From positions 1 through 49,459 of the forward strand of contig JAAYPN010000068.1 in the NCBI GenBank assembly GCA_012519775.1: a DNA stretch of 49,459 bases, given 5' to 3'. This DNA comes from Aeromonadales bacterium. GTDB lineage: Bacteria; Pseudomonadota; Gammaproteobacteria; Enterobacterales; Succinivibrionaceae. This document shows, piece by piece, positions 41,245 to 49,459 of the stretch (positions are counted from its first letter, which is position 1; each line of letters begins with the position of its first letter). The notes under the pieces were generated by a model. The model was not told where the DNA came from and searched no databases. It saw only the letters and a list, made by a program, of their open reading frames with translations. The position numbers and the translations under genes were made by a program.

Positions 41245-41273
41245 AAAAAACCCCTGCATGGAGCAGAGGTTTT
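41245..41273 (-). terminator. rplM-rpsI terminator (intron target site)
   Basis: AAAACCTCTGC-TCCAT-GCAGGGG-TTTTTT, then AT and the intron's GTGTGC. Confidence 0.85.
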
Positions 41274-41305
41274 GATAAGAAAAACAAAATGAATTGTTTT
41301 CTGTA

Positions 41306-41698
41306 TTAACGCTTTGAGTACTGTGGACGCTTACGAGCTTTGTGAAGACCAACCTTCTTACGCTCTACAGCACGAGCATCACGAGTTACGAAGCCAGCCT
41401 TACGTAAAGCTGAACGGAATGACTCGTCATACTGAATTAAAGCTCTAGTAATACCGTGACGGATTGCACCAGCCTGACCAGTGATACCACCACCTGAAAC
41501 AGTTATGTAAAGATCAAACTTGTCTGATACTTCTAATAACTCTAGAGGTTGAGCTACAACCATACGAGATGTAGGACGACCAAAGTATTGCTCTAGGCTC
41601 TTGCCATTGATCTCTAATTTACCAGTACCCTGCTTTAAGAATACACGTGCAGTTGAGTCCTTACGACGACCGGTACCATAATACTGATTTACAGCCAT
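41306..41698 (-). CDS. rpsI: 30S ribosomal protein S9
   Basis: [36 protein letters not shown]. Confidence 0.98.
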   Translation of the reverse strand: MAVNQYYGTGRRKDSTARVFLKQGTGKLEINGKSLEQYFGRPTSRMVVAQPLELLEVSDKFDLYITVSGGGITGQAGAIRHGITRALIQYDESFRSALRKAGFVTRDARAVERKKVGLHKARKRPQYSKR

Positions 41699-41710
41699 TT
41701 GTTATGCTCC

Positions 41711-42139
41711 TTAAAACTTGATAACCTGAGGCTGTTGAGCAGCATGATTATGTGACTCACCAGCATATACCTTTAGCTTACGGAACATAGCACGACCTAA
41801 TGGTCCCTTTGGAAGCATGCCGCGAACAGCTTTTTCAATAACATCCTCAGGCTTACGTGCTAAAAGTTTCTCGAAAGACTCTGACTTAATGCCGCCTGGG
41901 AAACCAGTGTGGTGATAATACATCTTATCAGTAGCCTTGTTACCAGTAACTTTAACTTTAGAAGCGTTGATTACGATAATGTAATCACCAGTATCTAAGA
42001 ATGGAGTGTACTCTGGCTTGTGCTTACCGCGTAAACGCAAAGCAATTTCAGTAGCTAGGCGACCTAAAGTCTGACCCTCAGCATCAATAACTAACCAATC
42101 ACGCTTAATTGTTGATGGTGTTGCAACATAAGTTTTCAT
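41711..42139 (-). CDS. rplM: 50S ribosomal protein L13
   Basis: [35 protein letters not shown]. Confidence 0.98.
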   Translation of the reverse strand: MKTYVATPSTIKRDWLVIDAEGQTLGRLATEIALRLRGKHKPEYTPFLDTGDYIIVINASKVKVTGNKATDKMYYHHTGFPGGIKSESFEKLLARKPEDVIEKAVRGMLPKGPLGRAMFRKLKVYAGESHNHAAQQPQVIKF

Positions 42140-42309
42140 TAAAAAACCCTTTTTTGAAGGAAATATCCTTTAAAACATACAGATAAAATTATCTGCTCTC
42201 TTTCCAAACAAGTAATTTCTTACTTGCATCAAGTAACACGGGTGGGAAACCGGTTCCTCGATTAGAGGGGCAATGCGGTATTTTACACTAAAAGACAAGG
42301 TGTGAGCAA
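42140..42309 (-). promoter_or_regulatory. rplM promoter and structured 5' UTR (probable L13 autoregulatory leader)
   Basis: TTGCTC-N18-TAAAAT (42309-42280); UTR of about 130 nt with hairpins CAAGTAA/TTACTTG, CAGATAA/TTATCTG and AAGGA/TCCTT; no strong SD. Confidence 0.6.
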
Positions 42310-42423
42310 TTAAATTTTCACTTATTTTCTCTATTAATTAGTACTCAATTAATTGCTTTGAAATTCAGAGTGCTGCAAAAGCTTATTTACCTTTGCAGCG
42401 ATAAAAAAATAACTGCAGATTAC

Positions 42424-43551
42424 CTACCTGTTGAAGAAAAGGACCTCACCTCTTAAAATTACACCCTTTAAATTCAGGTCATCATCAATTAAAAGTAGAT
42501 CGGCGCGCTTTCCAGATTCTATTGAGCCTACTTTGTTTACAATATTTAAAACGCAAGCCGGATTGTATGTACAGGCTTTTACAGCATCCTCAATCTTGAT
42601 GCCTGCGTTTTTTACCACATTTACAAAACAGTCATACAGGTTTGTAACTGATCCTGCCAAGGTGCCATCATCTAAGGTTGCTCTTTTACCTTTTACATTT
42701 ACCTTCTGTCCGCCTAAAGCATAAATACCATCATCAAGACCTGTAGCCATCATTGAGTCAGAGATTAAAACAAGGTTGTCTTTTGTAAATAATCTGAACG
42801 CAAGATTTATTATTGCCTTATCAATATGAATTCCATCAGCAATAAGTTCTGCCATAACCTTTCCATTATCTAATGCAGCAACTATAGGTCCGGGATTTCT
42901 ATGATTTATAGGAGGCATTGCATTAAAGGTATGAGTGAGCTCAGAAGCGCCCCGTATAAAGGCGTTTTTTGCAGTCTCATAATCTGTATTTGTGTGTCCT
43001 ATGGATACTTTTACTCTATCTTTTACGGCCTTTATAAAATCGATACCGCCTGATACTTCTGGAGCTAAAACCACAACCTTTATAAGCGAGCCTGAAGCCT
43101 GATAAAGGTCGTCGAAAAATTCCACATCCGGATTTTTTAAATACTTTGGATTTTGCGCACCTATTTTATCTTTGCTGATAAAAGGGCCTTCCATATAAAT
43201 ACCTTCAATTGAGGCATTATGCTTTTTAGAATTGAAATCTTTTGCTGAGATAAAAGCCTTTTCAAGGGCGCTCTTATCCATTGTCATTGAAGCAGGAGAG
43301 ATTGAGGTTATTCCTTTTGATGCCTCATAGGAGGTTATAGCATCTAAGGATTCATAACATCCATCCATAAAGTCTGCTTTATTTGCTCCATGTAAATGGA
43401 TATCTATAAAGCCAGGAACAACCATAAGACCATCTGCATCAAGAACCTCATTATCAGATGTACTTTTTTTTATAAGAGAGTCTTCAATATAAACCTCGCC
43501 TTGTTCAAAATGAAAACTGCTTTTGTATACTCTGGCATTTTTAATAATCAT
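42424..43551 (-). CDS. nagA: N-acetylglucosamine-6-phosphate deacetylase
   Basis: PGFIDIHLHG, EGPFI, GHT, THTFNAM, DGIH, SDSM, LAGS. Confidence 0.95.
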   Translation of the reverse strand: MIIKNARVYKSSFHFEQGEVYIEDSLIKKSTSDNEVLDADGLMVVPGFIDIHLHGANKADFMDGCYESLDAITSYEASKGITSISPASMTMDKSALEKAFISAKDFNSKKHNASIEGIYMEGPFISKDKIGAQNPKYLKNPDVEFFDDLYQASGSLIKVVVLAPEVSGGIDFIKAVKDRVKVSIGHTNTDYETAKNAFIRGASELTHTFNAMPPINHRNPGPIVAALDNGKVMAELIADGIHIDKAIINLAFRLFTKDNLVLISDSMMATGLDDGIYALGGQKVNVKGKRATLDDGTLAGSVTNLYDCFVNVVKNAGIKIEDAVKACTYNPACVLNIVNKVGSIESGKRADLLLIDDDLNLKGVILRGEVLFFNR

Positions 43552-43794
43552 TTAAGTCACACTCAAAAACTGACCATTTATACAGTCCATTATCGGTTAA
43601 AAAAGCGATAACATCAAAAAAATAGTTTACGTTTGCTCAAATATTTATGAAAATCAAAGAGTAAATTATTTGGACTTGTATAATAATAGAAATATATTTT
43701 TTTTGAGAAGTTTTCGTTCTAAGTAATTACTAAGAATAAAGCACTAATCTAAGTACACCATAAAGCTGAAAAGCTGATTTGGATTGAGGTATAT

Positions 43795-44298
43795 ATGGAC
43801 TTTTACGCACAACTTATTTCGTTATTTTTTGTAGGATTTGCAGTAGGTGTCCTTGCTTGCTTTTTAATAATGGCACAAATTTATAAACACAAACGTGTAA
43901 AAGACGAATTATTAAAATCAAAAAGAGCCGCTATTAAAGCTCAGCGCACTTTAGACAGATTCCTAAAGACATCTTTAGATCTGTTTGGTGAGCTCGATTC
44001 AGCACACAAGCAATATGTGGATTTTTTAAATGAAGCTGCACAAAAAATCGCACCTTTAGAAAGTGCTTCACACAGCTTCCTAAATCAGGAATTGAATTCA
44101 GAAAAGAAAATTAAAAAACAACCAAGCAAACATGAGCCTGTAAACGGTCAGTTAGGAGAAATTACACCTCCTAACGTTCTAAAGTCTCCTGAACCCCCTC
44201 AGGATGGAGTCATCCTTGAGGATCTTCATGAGGCTCAGGCACAGACCGATGATGGCATCAATGAAAACAAAGATCCTGCCCCTCAATTAAAGGTTTAA
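43795..44298 (+). CDS. YhcB/ZapG (DUF1043)-like single-pass membrane protein
   Basis: N-terminal TM, coiled coil (FLKTSLDLFGELDSAHKQYVDFL), disordered tail; immediately upstream of degQ like yhcB. Confidence 0.6.
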   Translation: MDFYAQLISLFFVGFAVGVLACFLIMAQIYKHKRVKDELLKSKRAAIKAQRTLDRFLKTSLDLFGELDSAHKQYVDFLNEAAQKIAPLESASHSFLNQELNSEKKIKKQPSKHEPVNGQLGEITPPNVLKSPEPPQDGVILEDLHEAQAQTDDGINENKDPAPQLKV

Positions 44299-44332
44299 GT
44301 TCATATCTAGTGTATTTATTTGGAGTAATTAC

Positions 44333-45727
44333 ATGCTAAGTAAAATTAAAACAGCCACTGCTGCAATTGTACTATCTGTAGGAGTATTAACTATAAGCAA
44401 TGCCAATGCTGCTGCTCCTATATTATCTGACATGGTAGCAAACGGTCAGACACCTTCTTTAGCGCCAATGCTAAAACAGGTGCTTCCTGCTGTAGTAAAT
44501 ATCTCTGTAAAAGGCAAAAAGGATGTTAAGGGCTTTGCTATCCCTGATAAATTCCAGTTTATGTTCCCAGGTATGGGAGATATGTTTGGCAACAATGCTC
44601 AGCCACAGCAGCGTGAGTTCCAGGCCTTAGGATCAGGCGTAATTATCAATGCCAAAGATGGTCTTGTTGTAACTAACAACCACGTGGTAGACGATGCAAC
44701 CGAAATTAAAGTTCAACTAAAAGACGGAAGAGAGTTTACTGCAAAACTAGTTGGTACTGATAAACACACTGATTTGGCTTTATTAAAGCTAAAAGATGCT
44801 TCAAACCTGACACAGGTTGAACTGTTTGATTCAGACAGTCTTGAGGTTGGTGATTTTGCCATCGCCATCGGTAATCCATACGGTCTTGGTCAGACTGTTA
44901 CCTCCGGTATCGTATCTGCTTTAGGAAGAAGCGGACTTAACATCGAGAATATTGAAAACTTCATTCAGACCGATGCAGCTATTAACTCAGGTAACTCAGG
45001 TGGAGCTCTGATTAACTTAAACGGTCAGTTGATAGGTATTAACACTGCTATTATGGCTCCATCCGGCGGTAACATCGGTATTGGCTTTGCCATCCCATCT
45101 AACATGGTAAAAACCGTAACCGAACAGCTATTAAAATACGGCGCAGTAAAGCGCGGTATGCTAGGTGTCGCAGGAACAGAGCTTACAGCTGATCTTGCAA
45201 AGAACTTTGGTTATGACCAGTCAACAGGCGCTTTCGTAAATGAAGTTCTAAAAGATTCATCTGCTCAAAAGGCTGGTATCAAATCAGGCGATATCATTAC
45301 TGCAATCAATGGCAAGAAAATCAAGTCATTTGCTCAGTTACGTGCTGAGATTGCAACTCAAAGAGCAGGCTCTGAGGTTAAGGTAACCGTATTCCGTGAC
45401 GGTTCCTATAAAGACTTTACTGTAAAGATTGGCGATAACATTGCAGCTCAGAAAATCTCCGCTGACAGCTCAAAGGAAATCTCTCCTGCATTTGCCGGTG
45501 CCGCACTCGCTAATGCAAAGGATGGCGGTGTTGAGGTAACTGATATTGCGAAAGGCTCTATGGCTGCCCGCTTTGGTCTTCGCAAGGGTGACGTTATCAC
45601 AGGTGTAAACCGTGCTGATGTTAAGAACATTAACGATCTTAAGAAAAATCTTGAGAGGGTTAAAGGTCAGATTTCAGCAATTCGCATCAACAGAAACGGT
45701 GGTACGTTATACATCACCTTAAGATAA
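44333..45727 (+). CDS. degQ: HtrA-family serine protease with two PDZ domains
   Basis: Signal peptide, TNNHVV, TDLA, GNSGG triad motifs; short LA loop; upstream of degS. Confidence 0.88.
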   Translation: MLSKIKTATAAIVLSVGVLTISNANAAAPILSDMVANGQTPSLAPMLKQVLPAVVNISVKGKKDVKGFAIPDKFQFMFPGMGDMFGNNAQPQQREFQALGSGVIINAKDGLVVTNNHVVDDATEIKVQLKDGREFTAKLVGTDKHTDLALLKLKDASNLTQVELFDSDSLEVGDFAIAIGNPYGLGQTVTSGIVSALGRSGLNIENIENFIQTDAAINSGNSGGALINLNGQLIGINTAIMAPSGGNIGIGFAIPSNMVKTVTEQLLKYGAVKRGMLGVAGTELTADLAKNFGYDQSTGAFVNEVLKDSSAQKAGIKSGDIITAINGKKIKSFAQLRAEIATQRAGSEVKVTVFRDGSYKDFTVKIGDNIAAQKISADSSKEISPAFAGAALANAKDGGVEVTDIAKGSMAARFGLRKGDVITGVNRADVKNINDLKKNLERVKGQISAIRINRNGGTLYITLR

Positions 45728-45751
45728 GGTTCCTTTATTGAAGTAAAGCGA

Positions 45752-45790
45752 AAATAGCCTCAAAATTCAAAACTTTGAGGCTATTTATTT
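45752..45790 (+). terminator. Terminator after degQ
   Basis: AAATAGCCTCAAA / TTTGAGGCTATTT stem. Confidence 0.75.
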
Positions 45791-46034
45791 ACCCAATTAA
45801 CTAAAAATTACCAGATAACTAAAATTAACAACAAATAACTACATTTAACATCAATAAGTTTCACATCTCTATCTAATCAGAATAATGTAAAGTTAAAACA
45901 ACTTGACAGTTATTTTTTGGTAAAATTTATATATCAGAATTTCTTATTTGTATCTGTCTTTTCAGACAATCTCACTATTTTTTTATTTAACTTTTGATAT
46001 TATTTAAAAGAACATATTCATTTAGCGTATAACC

Positions 46035-47117
46035 ATGAAAATCAATAAAACAATAGCAACTCTCTTATTTCCAATCGTTGCAGGTGTGCTCATTGGAGGA
46101 GCGCTTCTTCTAATCAATCCTCAGCTTGGTAAAAATATAGGCAATGTTATCTATTCAAGCGGAGTTTCCGTAGAAGGTTTCTCCTATGCAGTAAATAAAG
46201 CAGCTCCCTGCGTTGTAAACATCTATGTTGCAAATCTCAATGAGGACTACACAGAGCCTGATACCAACTCAATTACCTCCTCTGCCTCCGGTGTGGTAAT
46301 GACAGATAATGGTTATATCGTTACAAACTATCATGTTGTACCGCTTGGCAATGAACCAAACAAAGCAATCTGGGTACAGACTCGTGAAGGTAAGCTATAT
46401 CAGGCTTTTATCGTAGGTTGCGACAGAAGAACAGATATTGCTGTTTTAAAAGTTGAGGCAAACAATCTTCCTAGCATCTCCATTGCCAAAAAAACACCTC
46501 ATATTGGTGATATCGTGCTGGCAATTGGTAATCCTAACAATTTAGGTCAGACTGTCACTCACGGTATTATCTCTGCTCTGTCACGTTCAGGATCGGGGCT
46601 GCTTACCCATGATCAGATGAATATCCGTCAGGGCGTTCAGGAACTTATTCAGACTGATGCACCTATCAATCAGGGCAATTCAGGTGGTGCGCTAGTTGAT
46701 ACTAAGGGCAATCTTGTCGGTATCAATACAGCTTCATTTACAAGCGAATCATCATACGGTATCGGCTTTTCGGTTCCTGTAAAACTTGTAAAACAGGTTA
46801 TGAATGAAATTATTCGTCATGGAAAGGTCGAGCGAGGATATTTAGGTATTTCTGATTCATCTAAAAAGAGTCTTAACGGAGAGAAAGGTGTAACAGTAGG
46901 TTATATCGATCCGCAGGGACCTGCTTTTGGCGTTCTCAAATTAGGTGATGTTATTACTAGGGTTAACTATCAGAATATTCATGATGTTAAGCAGCTGATT
47001 GATTTAATCTCCAAATCAAAACCTGGCACAAAACTTAACTTTGAAGTAAACAGAAATGGAAATGTAATCAACGAAGATATTACCCTGATTGAAGATAATA
47101 CCTCCGTTGATAATTAA
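46035..47117 (+). CDS. degS: Membrane-anchored HtrA protease with one PDZ domain
   Basis: N-terminal TM, AVNKAAPCVVNIY, TNYHVV, TDIA, GNSGG; follows degQ. Confidence 0.88.
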   Translation: MKINKTIATLLFPIVAGVLIGGALLLINPQLGKNIGNVIYSSGVSVEGFSYAVNKAAPCVVNIYVANLNEDYTEPDTNSITSSASGVVMTDNGYIVTNYHVVPLGNEPNKAIWVQTREGKLYQAFIVGCDRRTDIAVLKVEANNLPSISIAKKTPHIGDIVLAIGNPNNLGQTVTHGIISALSRSGSGLLTHDQMNIRQGVQELIQTDAPINQGNSGGALVDTKGNLVGINTASFTSESSYGIGFSVPVKLVKQVMNEIIRHGKVERGYLGISDSSKKSLNGEKGVTVGYIDPQGPAFGVLKLGDVITRVNYQNIHDVKQLIDLISKSKPGTKLNFEVNRNGNVINEDITLIEDNTSVDN

Positions 47118-47120
47118 AGA

Positions 47121-48098
47121 TTATTTAGCGGCGATTTTGGAAATAACCTTATTTGATTTAATTACCGCCTGAATATCATCATTCACTGTAAGTCCAGCTG
47201 TAGTCAGCATATCACCTGTGATCTGGGCATTGATGCCAAAATCGTAAAGATTTGTAAAGAAGCTCTGAATTTTCAATCTGCCACCTGCAAGACGTAACAC
47301 TACATCTGGAAGAACATGTCTGAATACAGCAATTGTTCTTTCAATATCCTCTTCACTTATTGGAGCCTGATCCTCAAGAGGAGTGCCTTTAATTGGATTT
47401 AGCACATTGACAGGAGCGCTGTCCACACCGATTTTTCTAAGCTCAAGAGCAATATCCACTCTATCTTCAATACTCTCGCCCATACCGATAATACAGCCAG
47501 AGCAAATCTCAAGACCGGCTTCTTTTGCCATAGCAATGGTCTTCTCTTTCTGCTCCATGGTATGAGTGGTACAGATCTTTTTGAAGTAGTTTGGTGATGA
47601 CTCAATGTTACAGTGATATCTTGTCATGCCACTTGCTTTTAACTTTTTAAAATCAGCTAAATCAAGTAAGCCTAATGACCCACATAAATCAATTTTAATA
47701 TCGCTATCTTTTTGTATTCTGTCAAAAGCTTCAGCTACGGTATCAATTTCCTTTTGAGATAATCTTACACCTGCAGTCACAATTGAGTATCTGTGAATAC
47801 CCTTTTTGGCACTATCTTTTGCTTCTTCGTAAAACTCTTGCGCTGTCTTTAATGGAGCTTCATCGATTTGTGTATCATAAAAACGGCTTTGAGAGCAGAA
47901 TTTACAATCCTCGGTACATCTGCCGCATTTGCCGTTTGAGATACAGCAGAATTCTAAATCGTCCTTAAAAAAGTGTCTGGTAAGTTTAGTTGCACTTTCT
48001 TTTAGTTCTTCAAGTGGAGCGTGATAAAGTTCAATGGCCTCTTCACGAGTTATCTTATAACCATTGATAATTTTTTCACCCAGTTCTTTTAGTTGCAT
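47121..48098 (-). CDS. bioB: Biotin synthase (radical SAM)
   Basis: CTEDCKFCSQS, LCGSLG, YHCNIE, ICSG..IGMGE, PIKGTP, RLAGGR. Confidence 0.93.
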   Translation of the reverse strand: MQLKELGEKIINGYKITREEAIELYHAPLEELKESATKLTRHFFKDDLEFCCISNGKCGRCTEDCKFCSQSRFYDTQIDEAPLKTAQEFYEEAKDSAKKGIHRYSIVTAGVRLSQKEIDTVAEAFDRIQKDSDIKIDLCGSLGLLDLADFKKLKASGMTRYHCNIESSPNYFKKICTTHTMEQKEKTIAMAKEAGLEICSGCIIGMGESIEDRVDIALELRKIGVDSAPVNVLNPIKGTPLEDQAPISEEDIERTIAVFRHVLPDVVLRLAGGRLKIQSFFTNLYDFGINAQITGDMLTTAGLTVNDDIQAVIKSNKVISKIAAK

Positions 48099-48214
48099 TT
48101 AAATCTCCAACTTAAGTTCATCTTGCTGACAAACCATTAAATAATAAATGCTGCTATTTCTTAGCAGCACGAGAATTATACACTATTTTATATTAAGGCT
48201 TTTAGGAGATAAAA

Positions 48215-49429
48215 ATGATAAAACAATTAACAGCGATTGCTTTTGCCCTAATGGCAGCAACACTATCAACTGCATGTGAAAGTAATCAGGAAACTCAGAC
48301 TCTTACTGTAACAAACTATGAGAAAGCTAATATTGCATCATCATTTATCAAGGGTGCTGACGTATCAACTCTCATTGATATGGAAAAGGCAGGCTTTAAG
48401 TATTACGACGAAAACAGCCAGGAAAAAGACGTTTTAGCAATTCTAAAAGACAATGGCTTTAACTATGTAAGACTACGTCTATGGAATGATCCAAAAGATG
48501 CAAACGGAAATGTATACGGTGGCGGTAACAATGATCTTGCAACCGATCTTGAGATTGCAAAGAGAGCTAAGGCATTAGGCTTTAAGTTCCTGCTAGACTT
48601 CCACTATTCAGACTTCTGGACCGATCCTGGCAAACAGATTAAACCTAAGGCATGGGAGAATTTAAGCTTTGATGATCTGAATAAAGCAATCAGAGACTAC
48701 ACCAAAGAGACAATTGAAACCTTCAAAAAAGAAGGTGTAATGCCTGATATTGTACAAATCGGTAATGAGCTTAACAGCGGTATGTTATGGCCTGACGGCA
48801 AGAGCTGGGGCAGTGACGGTCACGAGTTTGACAGATTATCACAACTTCTAAAATCAGCTATCGAAGGCTTTAATGAAGGCAAAGGGAACAGTGACTGCAA
48901 AGTTATGTTACACCTTGCAAAAGGTCCTGATAACGGTGCCTTCAAGTGGTGGTTTGATGAAATTGCTGCTCACGGCGTAAACTTCGATATCATCGGTATG
49001 TCTATGTACACCTGGTGGGATGGTCCTGTTTCACAGCTTCAGGACAATATCAAGTGGGTTAAACAGACTTACGGTAAAGACATCATCATTGTTGAAGGAG
49101 GCTATCCTTATACTCTTGAGAATACCGATTCTCTACCAAATGACTTTAACGCAAATGATGCTAAAAACTCAGGTTACCCAGCAACTGTTGAAGGACAGTA
49201 CAGCTACTTAAAGAGCTTACTTGAAGGTTCAGATAACGCAGGTGCTACAGGTTTCTTCTACTGGGAGCCAACCTGGAAGACTGGTCCTAACGTAACCTGG
49301 TTAACAAAAGCAGGTATGGACTACATCAATTGTGGTAGCGAATGCAAGATAGGTAATGCCCGTGAAAACCAGGCTTTATTTGATGAGACAGGTAAGGTTT
49401 TACCTTCAATTAAGGTTTTCAATAACTAA
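48215..49429 (+). CDS. GH53 endo-beta-1,4-galactanase, probable lipoprotein
   Basis: KGADVS, NYVRLRLWNDP, LDFHYSDFWTDPGKQ, QIGNE (acid/base), IVE.GYP (nucleophile), FYWEP; lipobox-like LSTAC; RBS AGGAG. Confidence 0.92.
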   Translation: MIKQLTAIAFALMAATLSTACESNQETQTLTVTNYEKANIASSFIKGADVSTLIDMEKAGFKYYDENSQEKDVLAILKDNGFNYVRLRLWNDPKDANGNVYGGGNNDLATDLEIAKRAKALGFKFLLDFHYSDFWTDPGKQIKPKAWENLSFDDLNKAIRDYTKETIETFKKEGVMPDIVQIGNELNSGMLWPDGKSWGSDGHEFDRLSQLLKSAIEGFNEGKGNSDCKVMLHLAKGPDNGAFKWWFDEIAAHGVNFDIIGMSMYTWWDGPVSQLQDNIKWVKQTYGKDIIIVEGGYPYTLENTDSLPNDFNANDAKNSGYPATVEGQYSYLKSLLEGSDNAGATGFFYWEPTWKTGPNVTWLTKAGMDYINCGSECKIGNARENQALFDETGKVLPSIKVFNN

Positions 49430-49459
49430 TTGAAACAAATAAAAAAACAAAAATAATAA

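Noticed and set aside
43588-43615. ACCGATAA and TTATCG-N10-CGATAA upstream of nagA as a sigma28 promoter or NagC box
   Set aside because: No TAAA at the correct spacing and a poor match to the NagC consensus.
1896-49211. Remaining 60-140 aa ORFs nested in or antisense to housekeeping genes
   Set aside because: Explained by the codon bias of the real genes; no recognisable motifs.
1-49459. CRISPR arrays, tRNA/rRNA genes, prophage or defence islands
   Set aside because: No regularly spaced repeats, cloverleaf or rRNA signatures, or phage/defence proteins seen by eye.

Overview
A mostly housekeeping, AT-rich gammaproteobacterial segment; protein character and gene order suggest an anaerobic Aeromonadales/Succinivibrionaceae-like organism (inference). 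Left to right: the left end of an ISL3-like IS with a frameshifted transposase start; ydiJ-like D-2-hydroxyacid dehydrogenase, ICMT-family membrane protein and ilvIH copy 1; a TPR+SUFU protein; ilvIH copy 2; rplS-trmD-rimM-rpsP-ffh; a motX homologue; mdh; acnB; ampD; lpxC and the dcw cluster (mraZ to ftsZ, no ddl); RNase P RNA; rsmI/lpoA; an orphan sspB; rpsI-rplM; nagA; a yhcB-like gene, degQ and degS; bioB; a GH53 galactanase lipoprotein. Highlights: (1) a 408-nt ORF-less group IIC intron derivative right behind the rpsI terminator, whose domain IV and catalytic half of domain V appear deleted at an ACCGAAC microhomology; (2) tandem AHAS operons differing at known substrate-specificity and effector residues; (3) a BioB with an alternative auxiliary-cluster ligand pattern; (4) a divergent divisome and two structured intergenic regions that may be sRNAs. 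All family calls are by motif recognition and recalled reference sequences; no searches were run.
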